A DNA stretch of 64,000 nucleotides, from the NCBI GenBank assembly GCA_010093605.1, contig MU004181.1:124001-188000 (forward strand), read 5' to 3'. This DNA comes from Lophium mytilinum (lineage: Eukaryota). This document shows, one piece after another, positions 48,899 to 59,445 of the stretch (position 1 is the first letter of the stretch; every line of letters begins with the position of its first letter). Position numbers and translations under genes: made by a program. Under the pieces are notes generated by a model. The model was not told the DNA's origin, did no database searches, and worked only from the letters and a program-made list of their open reading frames with translations.

Positions 48899-49382
48899 AC
48901 TTGGTGGGACCAGAGCTGCTGGGTAGGATGTTGAAGCTGGTGGTGGGTCGGTGTGACGGATTAGTGGGGTGGGGGTGTGGGTGTGGGAGCAAGTTGATCT
49001 AAGGAGCATGATCGAAGAAGGAAGATATAGATAGTTCGTCTGTCCGCGTGCGATTGATTGCATGATTCACCAGAATGATCCGTTGAAACCGTGAATTTCT
49101 GGGCTTCCTTGCCTTAATGCGCCTTCTGAGTAGTTGGGAATGAGTCCCCCCCCGCGAGTCTCCAGCTATCTTGGCAGTAAACCATTCGTTTTCACGACAT
49201 GGCAATTATAGAGCTGGGAAATAGCACAGTTGGTTTATTTGGACTTCTATCTCTTGATCATTCAAAGACATGCTACCTGGGGCACCCCTGACAGTGAAGT
49301 CGGATGAGCAAGGGGAAACCCCGTTCAATCTCCGCTTAAATCATGGTGACGGCCAGAGACCTCCTCAGCGGGTTTGGCCTCT

Positions 49383-50822
49383 TCACACCGAGTCGGGCTC
49401 GTCCAGGTGCTCCTGCAAAGCATCCAGAGATGCCCATTCAGCTTCAATTCTTTCTCTAAAGGTATCCAAAGCTTCCGGATCAGCGGTCTCATCTTGAAGT
49501 TGACTTTGCAAGCTCTTAATCTCTGTCCTCGTTAGCTGTATGATCTCCCCCAAACTTTGCTTCTCTCTCTCAGCAACAGCAGCTCGGAACTGTTTAATTA
49601 ACTCCAGTTCAATCACGCTGATATCCGCATCTTCCAGGGGTTTGATCTCCGAATTACCAAGAAGATATTGCCTTCTCACGCCCTCTTCGTGCCGGCTGAA
49701 TACGGCGTTGAAGTTGGCGAGAAAGTCCAGCTTGAGGGCACGCTATCCAAGAGATATGCGGCAGTCGACAAGGGCCTCGCCCAAAAGTTCCACGGTCTGT
49801 GCGATATATAGTTCCGTGATCTGACGAAAGTGGCCTTCCGGGTTGCTGATGTGATACGTATCCGCAGGCATGTTGCCAATCGCGATCCGCTTAAGATTCC
49901 GATTGCTACGCAACACCGCTGCGCCAAGAGTTCCACGTAACGTGCGGAAGAACACGTTGTGCACGTCCTGATTCCTACCAGATGCGGTCAACTTTGCGAA
50001 GAAGCCGCGTAGCGATGTCTGCGTCTTCGAAGTCCATTGCGAGGCCTCGGAGAAAGGATCGGGACATCTCGTAGAACTCGGGGCTTACGAGGGCGATGGC
50101 CATGTAGTTGCTGATGTACCTATTGTCGACGGTATGGTACGCTGCCATCACCCGGTTGGATCCGTCAGACATGTTATGGCCGCCTCGCCAAAACATGGCT
50201 ACAGTGCCCGTCTTCCCGTATGCACGTTCCAAGATCTCGAGTTTCATCTCTATGGGCAGGTCGTTGAACTCCCTTGCCTGCTCTCGGTGTGAGAGTTTGG
50301 TTCGGGGCAAGATGAGGGTAACTTGCGAGGTCTTCGGGGAGGTGGGCTCCATCGAAGCTGGAATGTATGGTAATTCTTCATCTGCGTCCAGCCTAGCATG
50401 CATATTGAAGCTGAGTTTGGAGCTCAGGCCTCGTAGGTCCGAGAGCTGTCGGGCACCAGCTTCTCCTTCCACACTCTCGTGCGCGGCGAAGGGCGATTCC
50501 ACAGACTGATTAGGGATACATTGTGTCGGATCCACCAGTGCTAGACTTTCCATCTTGCCTTCGACCTTTCGGAGAGTCAACGTGTGCACACGATCCTGGA
50601 CTCTCCGGAGGCTCCGATCGAGCTTACGCTCTCGTCTCAGACGCTTTGCAGCTCCGCGATCGGTGATATCTGCTATAAATAAGTCAGCGGATACATCAAC
50701 AGACTACGACGCGAATGTTTACCTTTCTCCAGGCCCTTGCGCGTTGCGGTGCTGGATCTTGCAGCACGAAGTATCCTCAGCTGCGCTTCGCACTCTTTCA
50801 TCGTTCGACGCTTCGCCATCAT
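49383..50822 (-). pseudogene. Family B paralogue with one intron (50722-50673), a frameshift (~49992) and a TAG (49743-49745)
   Basis: GTAAAC..GCTGAC..TAG intron keeps the frame. FNDLPIEMKLEILERAYG. ORFs 49975..50589, 49743..49991 and 49383..49679 are colinear with the 47591 paralogue. Confidence 0.8.
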
Positions 50823-51511
50823 GAACAATGCTTTCGGACACGTGTAAGATGAGTCAGTTGGACTTTTGAGTGATTGGTGTGGTGGTGTGGTAGATCAGTG
50901 ATTGGGACTGGTGATTTGCAAATTTCGGTGGAAGATGAAGATTTATAAAGCCATAGGGATGCGCCGCATTCATTGCCTGGCATCGCCCCGGCGCTTTGAG
51001 ACACATGATTTCGTCCAAGCAGTGACTTGTGGCTTTCATCATGCTTCTAATATTATAAGCGTAGTTGCATCCAGCGATAGCATGATGTATAGCTTCGTTT
51101 TCAAAAGGTCGCCCTTTCGATAATGTGGCGGAATTGCAATAGGGTTATTTCCAGAGGACTAAATCTGCTCCAACGTCAATGTGAGCGTATCGGAAGGATA
51201 GATTCGGAAGAGTAGGGGCCATTGGGAGTAAAATTCATAGCGCCATGCTTGCGTGTGTCACACATGCAGAGTTTGCAGAAGGAATCTACCCCGAAAAGTT
51301 TGTACCACGATCAGCTCGCAAGCAGCCAACTTTGCATCTATTTCTGGCGATGTAGAAAAAGCTTCAATCCGCTTCTGGCAGTATTGCGTGGCTAGGATAA
51401 ATAGACAGAGCTTAATGGAACACGCCCTCTCCAAAATTGAGAGATAGCCCCTATCCAGGCAGCCTTACGTAGTGAGCACCGGCCTGACACCCACACTCAT
51501 CATGCAGAAGC

Positions 51512-51651
51512 AAAAAGAAACTGCCTCGTAAGGTCTTGAGAGCCGAGGGGCTCGAACCCAACTCCCCGTTGTGCAATGGAGGCTGATTCAATGAGAGCCT
51601 AGTAACCTGTTAGCGATGTTCTTAACCACCCTCACCACCGCGGGTGAGGGC
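51512..51651 (-). ncRNA. Putative Pol III small RNA, unrecognised family, copy 3
   Basis: TATATAT at 51682 (-31). GCCCTCACC-CGCGGT-GGTGAGGGT, TGGTTAAGAAC, GCTAAC..TAG (51599), GGTTCGAGCCC, CCTTACGAGG, T5. Confidence 0.7.
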
Positions 51652-54020
51652 GAAAGACGGTCGAACTTACAGCAGATATATAGGCGAAGATTGAGTGCAC
51701 ACTAGCCTCGGGTCTTCACCTCGGGTCTCCACGCATTTAAGCCTGCGCAACCCCACTTCACTCTACTAAGAGTCTATGCCACAATGAAGCCTACGTCTCG
51801 GTCAAGGCTTAGTAGAAATGTCGTAGTTTCATCACCTCGTATTCTGGTATTTTTAGATCGACGAGCCAGAAGCTGGCCCCTCTCCCCCTGCTGTACTATA
51901 TGATATAGTATGTAATTTCGCATTATGTAGGTAAGCTTGTTCCTCGCTACAGCTAGTATGGCCTACTACAAGAAACATCTTGCTCACATTTTAGTATTTT
52001 AAACACAGAGAGCAAGCCGATCATGTATTTATACTTTCAGTTCATCACACAGTAGCTATAGCCAATTCAAGAGGTTGAGCATGATACCACGACTTGGTCT
52101 TCTTAAAATCCCGACGTTGGGCTATCTACCGTTTTGCCCGCCATATACAAGAGTATGTTTGCTCCAGACTCTGGAGCATGGCTGGATTGGATCCGGATGC
52201 GTTACATGTACTAAGATTAATTCGAAACACTCATATGGAACGGAGAGGATTTCATCGATACATCCTAATTCATACTCCGTAGCTTCAACCTCCGCCTTCA
52301 TATCCCCGTGCAAGCGCTCGACTTCCAGCAGCTCACTGTTTCACTTATCCCCCCGCCCTCTTGCCGACATATAAAGAGTGCCCAGCGCATGAGCTCCTGC
52401 CGTGACTGTTCGTCAGATACCGGCACTCCATCTAGCACATGATGAATTTTCCACCTACGTCGAGTCGCTGCCTTCTCAATGCCTCCGGGCACGCCTTGAA
52501 CCTCGGCCATGCGCTCAGTAGACTGTGGCAGCATCTCCTTCGGCGCCACCATGCGAGCGCTTGAGACGCCCTGAATCTGCTTGATCTTGAGGCCCTGGCC
52601 GATGAGCCAAATCTTCGAGCTCCGCGGCGAGTTTGCTCCATATGTAGAATGAGCCCTCAGACCCAACAGGCCCTTTCCTCAGCGGTGGTAGTGTTCGATG
52701 GTGGCTCGGAGGCCAAGTATCGGAACGGCTCGACGGGGTGTCGTTGGACGCAATGTTTACGTCTCGGTTGTCTCGAAGGGCGACGTCTTCGTTTTTGAAA
52801 GTCAGGGCCGCGGTCCTCGCTGTAGTAGGGTTCTCAGACCCTTCTATAATCTTGTCTTTGCACTGTCTGTCCTACATGATGTGCTTAAAGGCCCTGATCT
52901 GGGCAGCGTGGTTGTCGCTCGTGCTTGGCGTCCTCGGCCAGTACTCGGCGATGCGGCCGCATGGTTGAAGCTGTCGCACCTAGGGGATGAGGACCTTATG
53001 CCGTGATCGGAGAGCAGAGTCTGCTTCGCGTGCTTTGGGGTACTGGGGACCGCTCGCGCGAGGCTCTTCTGCTTTGCGTCGGCGACCTGTGCCTTCTGAG
53101 CGGGTGTGAGGGCTGCCTCGTCGAGCGTGAGGCAGAGAGACGGATTGACCTGTATGTGCTCCTCTGGCTTCCGGACGACCGCTACGTGGCGTGGATTATC
53201 CGAGGCCGTAAACGAAATCGCTTGCTTCGTGAGGTGGGCGTTTCCGCGTATGTAACTTGAATCAGCGTCTTGCGCAGTAATGTTACGTCCGATGGGATCG
53301 TTTCCAGAACAGCCACGGGCCGGCTCTGTATTCGGACTCTGCCGGGAAACTCAGCCGCTGGGTCCTGCCTACATCTACGGCGACTGGTATCTTCTGGCCA
53401 CGGATCTCGCCAAGCTCTCTTCTGGTCATGTGCATCTACAGCATCTGTTAGCGATTGTGAAGAGTGGTAGAGACTTCAGGAATTTTACCGTCATCCTCCG
53501 CATTGCTAGGGCCATCCACGCTTGAGACCCAAGCTGGAGCAGGTTGCAGCTGCTCCCGATCCTCACAATCGGCCGTCTGGCGTTTATCAGTTGCGGCTAT
53601 ACTTGTATCCAATGCTGTGCTTGACTAGATTTGTGTTGGCACTAGTGCGAGTGGCGTGCCGAATTTGGTGTGTTTGGGATAATGAGGTAGCGACGGTGAT
53701 GGAGATTGGCGATCGTAGTGGAGCGCTTCGGCGGCGGAAAGACACTATATTTGGAACTGAAGAATGACAGCAGACCGTGGGTGGGGTCCTAACGTGGGCG
53801 GGCACGGTAGGCAAAATAGAAGAGGGCCCCGCTGCCTCAGTGACCGGCAGACCGGTGCCCCCTCTCGAGGGCTTAGTGACGGGCGGGTGGCTCAAGAAAG
53901 CCTCAAAAGAAGGCCGACGCGGAGAAGAACTCAAGAGAGCCAAAAGAAAGGTTATTTAGTTATTAGATCAAGATCTATAGCGACTATTACAAGAGATGTT
54001 AAAAATAAATCAAAAAGATT

Positions 54021-54123
54021 AAAAAAAGACTGGGACTCGAACCCAGGCCCATAGGCGAAGTCAAGAAACTAGTAAGCTGTTAGCACTGTTTCATGACCAC
54101 CCTCACCGTGAACAGGTGAGGGC
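54021..54123 (-). ncRNA. Putative Pol III small RNA, unrecognised family, copy 4 (lacks the 3' module)
   Basis: TATATA at 54154 (-31). GCCCTCACC-TGTTCAC-GGTGAGGGT, TGGTCATGAAAC, GCTAAC..TAG (54069), CTGGG-TTCGAGT-CCCAG stem-loop, T7. Confidence 0.7.
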
Positions 54124-55149
54124 GAAAGACGGTCGAACTTATTGCTGTTATATAGCCTAGTTGAACGACAAGTCCGTGCGGGGTACGACTTTACTTGCGG
54201 GAGCGGGCTGCCCAGGGAACGCCAGCGCGGACTTGCCCCGAGAGCTAGGCGGCCTACAGTAACGACTTCACCATACTCGTCCTATTCTACAGCAGTGAGT
54301 TACACGTCTTCTATCTTTGCTAACACGAAGCAGCACTTGACTGTATTGGCACTGTGATTGTACACAGGCGGCGAATACGGCTCCTCTAAATCTGAAGTAG
54401 ACGCACGCACAGTACACACTAGGTTAAATTCTGGATCTTTGGTATCTGCGATGAGATTCTCCCTGCACCGTGCATTTTTGTCCCATAAGGTCTCGCTTTT
54501 GAATTTTCGGCGGAAAGTATGATCCGTACGCGTCTAATTTAAGAGAGTCGCTGTATGCTCAAAGACCCTCTGTGTATACTTGACTTCGTGGAGTAACGAA
54601 TACATATTGCCATCCTATCACGCGACTTTTGATGATTCTTTATCAATTGTCAAGTCGATATCCACGTTTGCTCATTGTGAGGGTTCAAGTTATAGATGCA
54701 CTCTATTCGCGGCAAGCTGGACCTTCTGCAAGGCTACATATAATGGAGGATCACAGCGGTTGAGAAATGTTTAGATCAGAGACACCTTCCACTTGCATCA
54801 TCGAAAAATGATGCGATATCAGAGTTTTAGGAAGTGCATCTCCGAGGATCCTTAGGATTGTTTGGCAAGAAATTACGATTACGTATCGTCTATGAAGCTA
54901 TCAGGATTCTTAATGTCCATTACGAAGATTGAGAGGCTGGCCCCCCGCTAGACTAGGGGAACATTGTCCCACTCAAGACTGCACAACCAAGTGTAAGCTC
55001 GTTGTCAATTTACGGACCCCACTTAGCCGACCGCTAGCTGAAAAAGTCTGTACCCCTCCACTGCTTCCATCGCGTGCCCGGGAAACTGAAGCTGGCGGCG
55101 TTCTTCCTCTACAATCACACGCTCCCGAGCGTCTAGTAGGTCCTGAAAC

Positions 55150-56166
55150 CTAACCATCAACGCCTTCCCCGGCCACCGCAATCTGCTTGTCGTCCAGCGG
55201 CTCAACGGTTGAAGTACGTAAGAGCTTGTGCCTACGCACTCGCTCCTCATGCCACTTCAACACTCCATTAAAGTTCGGGAGATACTTCACCTGAAACGTG
55301 CCCTTGCCCTTCTTCCTCCGCATCTGGACGATGAAATCGCCTAGCACTTCCATGATCTCGTCTTGCGAGACCTTCGCCACATCGTCGAAATACCCGTGAT
55401 GTGCTTGGAGAAGGTAGCCTTTGCACATTGGAAACCAGAGGCGTTGGAGACCTTCCTCTTCCAGTAGTGCGGTTTTCAGTTCCTTGGCATCGCCTCCGAC
55501 CAGGCGGAGAATGATTGACCGGACCTCTGATGGGTCCCCGTTAAGCCTAAGTTTCGTGAGTGTACGGCTCAGCATGTCGCAGTTCTCGACATTCAGTACG
55601 TTGTGGTGCCAATACTCTTCCCGGGTAATCTTGCGGAACTCCTTGCTCACTAGGCAGCTGATCATATACTCACTGATCGAGATGTCGTCATACGAGTGCT
55701 CCGTCGTCATGCAACGAAACTCGGGCCCGTTGGAGTGGGGCGCTTTGTCGTGAAGTTGCCTGCGAATGGCGCCGGTGCTTAAGCGCTTGCGCCTGATGTA
55801 CTGCTTCAGCTCCCTGGGGAAGTCGTTCCATTGAGGGAAGAAAGTCAGGAACTGGGAGTTATCTTCGTCGGCATCCGGAAGTCGTTCGTCGGTCGATATG
55901 TCGTACTCGAAGTCTGCGTCATCGTCGAACTCTGCGTCATCGTGGAAGTCTGCGTCTTCGTCTAACTCGTCCAGGGCTCTCTCAGGAGACAGTGGTTGTC
56001 TGGCTTGTTGTCCTTCAATTATTTCGACATTCTCGGAGCGCCCGGTCGTTGGTTCATCGCTTAGGTCTACAAAGCTGTCTTGGCTAGAAGGCCTATCATC
56101 TGCATCATTCATGTCCATAGAAACGTCATCATGACCAGGCTGATCGCTGTTTTGCGTCGCCATCAT
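55150..56166 (-). CDS. Family B protein (338 aa) with acidic N-terminus
   Basis: WNDFPRELKQYIRRKRL, PHSNG..FR.MTTEHSYDD..ISEYM...LVS.EF, HEERVRRHKLL. The ending may be frameshifted: MVRFQDLLDARE in another frame matches the 59446 paralogue. Confidence 0.8.
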   Translation of the reverse strand: MMATQNSDQPGHDDVSMDMNDADDRPSSQDSFVDLSDEPTTGRSENVEIIEGQQARQPLSPERALDELDEDADFHDDAEFDDDADFEYDISTDERLPDADEDNSQFLTFFPQWNDFPRELKQYIRRKRLSTGAIRRQLHDKAPHSNGPEFRCMTTEHSYDDISISEYMISCLVSKEFRKITREEYWHHNVLNVENCDMLSRTLTKLRLNGDPSEVRSIILRLVGGDAKELKTALLEEEGLQRLWFPMCKGYLLQAHHGYFDDVAKVSQDEIMEVLGDFIVQMRRKKGKGTFQVKYLPNFNGVLKWHEERVRRHKLLRTSTVEPLDDKQIAVAGEGVDG

Positions 56167-56934
56167 GGACCGTTGTAACGGTGTATGTTGCCGTAAAAGC
56201 TAGCGAGGATGGCGTGTGAGGCGGAAGTGGGAATGATGTTGAAGGAGGTAGGCTATAGGTCGGGGTGGTATGGTGTGTGGGGTGGTAGGTGATGATGCTG
56301 AAGAAGAAGATAAGCTTAAGATGGGCGAAGTTATATAGGGACGCGAGAGACGCCGTCAGCTGCAGCGTGCGGAGCACTATAGCAGTGAATGACTCTAAAT
56401 ATAAACAAACCCAAAGGGGATGAGAAAGGCAGGCGGGTCTTTGCTACGCAGGCGAATGCAGAGAGGAAGCTGGGGAGGTTAGCGACATCTAGATTGTGGA
56501 AGTGGCTATTTCTGTGTGCGGTCCGGCCCAGATACAGTACAATAAACAACACAGTCGGCTTAAGCTTAGCGCAAGGTGAGAAGTACACGGCCTGAGAACA
56601 ACGGTATATCTTCTCCAGGTAGAGTCGAGGGGATTCATTCGGTATCAGGGGATGGCAGCGGTTCTCTATCGTCTTCAATCCCACCCAAGACAATCCCATC
56701 CACACGTCCTTACGGCAGTTCGCCGCTTATATCAATACAGCTGTCCTCGCTAACTTCGTTGCCGTCTTTCGCCATCGCCGGCATCTATTCCATTGCTAGT
56801 GCAGAATTGCTATAGCAGGTAGCAGGCTAAGTTACAAAAGCCCTCCGAAGCTGAGAATCTAACATCTCGAAGACCACCCCAGAATCTCAGTAGTTGTGGC
56901 CACCATGTTGGTGTCCGTCTACCACATCGTGGTC

Positions 56935-57800
56935 TCAATCTCCCACATCATCGACGGTGCCCAAGGTCGCTTTATCATCTTTGTCGTTCTCCGCCTTCAT
57001 TTCCTTTTTGCCTTCGTCTCCTTCTTCTGTGCAGAGATAGCACGACAAGTCTTCTTGTGGTGTTCCTATTGCTCCTTCTAGCAATCTTTCGAGCAGTACT
57101 TGACGCACCAGCAGCTGGTGCAGAGGCGGGGACCTTCTCGCGCGGAGTGCGATTCTCTCCAATTGCAAAGCCCGCATCCTCTCCTCGCATTCCGTGGGTG
57201 ACGGTCTGGGTAGCGGCCTGGGAAGCTGTCTGGGTAGCGATTTGGGCGGTGCTCTGGGTCGCAATTTGGGAGGCCAAAAACGCCATCAGCAGAATTTCGC
57301 GAGCAACGAACTCCAAACGCTGCACAAAGTGACCGATGCTCAGATCCTTGAGCAGCTTCGCCAAGAAGGAGTTGCATGCTTTGTCGTGGTTCAGAGCAAC
57401 GTCGCTGTACACGAAGCGCTCAAGAAGATTATAGTAACGCGTCGATGTAACGTGAAGGTTGTAGAGCGCGCTTGAGCACCATGGATCATGTGGATTGGCC
57501 GGTAAAGTAGCAGTTCCGGCATTGCCATCATCAAGCCAGTGCGGAGTAGCAAGACGACCGACAATGTTGAATATAATTGCTTCTGGGATAGTATCTAGCG
57601 AGGTGGAACACGGTCCGGGTCCTGCAAAAGCAGCATGAAGGCTTCCATATTAGCCTCGGCGTTGGCGTTGGCGGTGGCGGTGTTCTGGGTAGGGACCTGG
57701 GAAGCGGTATGGGTAGCGATCTGGGCGGTGATCTGCGCAACAGCTTCGGCTGCGCCAGGTTTTAGATTAGTTGTTGATACACTTGTAAATGTGATTGGAT
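56935..57800 (-). pseudogene. Decayed gene with a MYND-type zinc finger (57045-57176) and duplicated Thr/Gln/Ala 12-bp repeats
   Basis: CGLC-x14-CTSC..VKYCSKDC*KEQ*EHHKKTC fits MYND (YCS..CQ...W..HK..C), with Q and W replaced by TAG. ATQT/AQIA repeats at ~57200-57270 and 57685-57745. Confidence 0.75.
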
Positions 57801-58655
57801 TCTGGCTGTGGATATAGTCACCTTGATCAGCAGGAGTGTCATCTGCAGTCGAGCTGACAGCGCAGTGGACGTGTCAGACGCGTCGAGACTTTCGGCATGG
57901 AGGCGCTCTGTGTCGGAGGCGAGAGCCTCGGTAGACGTCATCATAAGAAGTTCGTGTTTCGGATAGACTGGACACGGATGTGAGGAATTGATGAAGGCTG
58001 AGGTGAAGGAAGCTCACTTCGAGAGTGGTGGAGGAGAGGAGGAGAGTAGGCGGGCGACGGTTTTGAAGGCAGATGTAGTCTCTGCCCGAAGATCCTTCGC
58101 TTTTCGATCCTCGGTTTTAGTTCGCGCTTCTTGTCGTCGCAGGACCGTCTTCAGATGCGGGATTTTGACACGGTGATTGTTGGGACGCGCTAGGAGAAGG
58201 ATTGAGTATGGATGGGTGTCGTGATAGCAGGCAGTAGGTGTGCGGCGTGAGGCGGTACGGTTCTACGTGGTAGAAGTTGCTTCATAAGGCAAACCAGTCT
58301 TTACATAAGAGTGAGGAAGTTTTGGCGGCGCGACATGGAGCACTTTAGTACACCAAGTTTCCAAAAGCCCAACCTATCGAGGTGAGAACCGCAGGTCACG
58401 TGTTCCAGGCTGTCCAGCCGCTGTGCTTGGGACGAGCAGGCTTACTTCTACAATGGAGGTTCTGATGCTCTCTGCTGGTGTTTGGTATCAATTTCATAAT
58501 CAAGGCAAATAGACTGATTAAGACGTATAAAGAGGCTTGATTTTCCACTATCAATACTAAAGCCATTGACGTGAGAATCAACCAAACCCATCATGAGCTA
58601 GCAGGTTTGCCGTAAATGGAAAACGAAGAACACATACAACGCTCCATATACCGAG

Positions 58656-59288
58656 TTGCTTCTTGTTTGTGGGCCGATAACTCCACGGTTGCGCTATAGG
58701 AAGTACTCATCACTAAATGTTTCCCTTATTTCGAATTTCATCTTTTGCAAAGGCTTCTACTTCCCCAACACTACCGAACACTTTGGCTTTGAACGAATGT
58801 ACCTGGGAGGTGGAGTGCGGACTCTGTCTGATATCTAGGATCTGTGTGCTCGGAAGCATCTCCGGGGACTACTTGGTCTGGAAATTCGTCCCGAAGTACG
58901 AAAGTTTCGGCATATCAAACGATCTCCTAATATCTCGTCCCTGCGCGCGCTTACCGTTCGGCGGCGCCTTGCATCGTAGGAATTGGAGAGGATTCGGGCG
59001 ATGGCGGGATGGGTCGTAGAAAAAAGCACGATCGGCTGGGTGGCGGGATGTCTTCGGGAAGAGAGTATGGATCGCATGCGTATCCAAATTGGTAGGTTGG
59101 TTTACGAGGTTAGGGACGTGACATCGTCGTTACGGAACTTCCTACCTGTGCGAGGTGCCCAAAGCAGCCCAAAACGAAAAACCGAGGCCATACAAAGTAC
59201 ACTGCTGTATGACAGGATAGGTCAACTATCTTGTAAAGTTTACGGGTGTGATACACATGGTCAAGAACATTACCTTCGTATATCATGA
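58656..59288 (+). pseudogene. Possible pseudogene: one ~210-codon frame interrupted only by two TAGs
   Basis: ORFs 58656..58838 and 58983..59288 are in the same frame, with TAG at 58836 and 58977. No recognisable domain. Confidence 0.3.
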
Positions 59289-59445
59289 ACTCTGCGCCTG
59301 CTTGAGGCGCTCAGAGCAAAATCGATCCCCTCGAAATAAGTGATCAAGAATATACCAGATGCAATGACTGTCAAGGAGTGCGGATGTCGTCATTTCATTG
59401 CCATAGCCTAGTCTACCGGAAATGCGTTAGGATGTCCTAAGATCC

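Noticed and set aside
54085..54135. Hammerhead ribozyme (stem followed by CGAAA on the + strand, also at 51630-51656)
   Set aside because: No CUGAnGA core precedes the stem, CGAAA is absent in copies 1 and 2, and the promoter signals point to the opposite strand.
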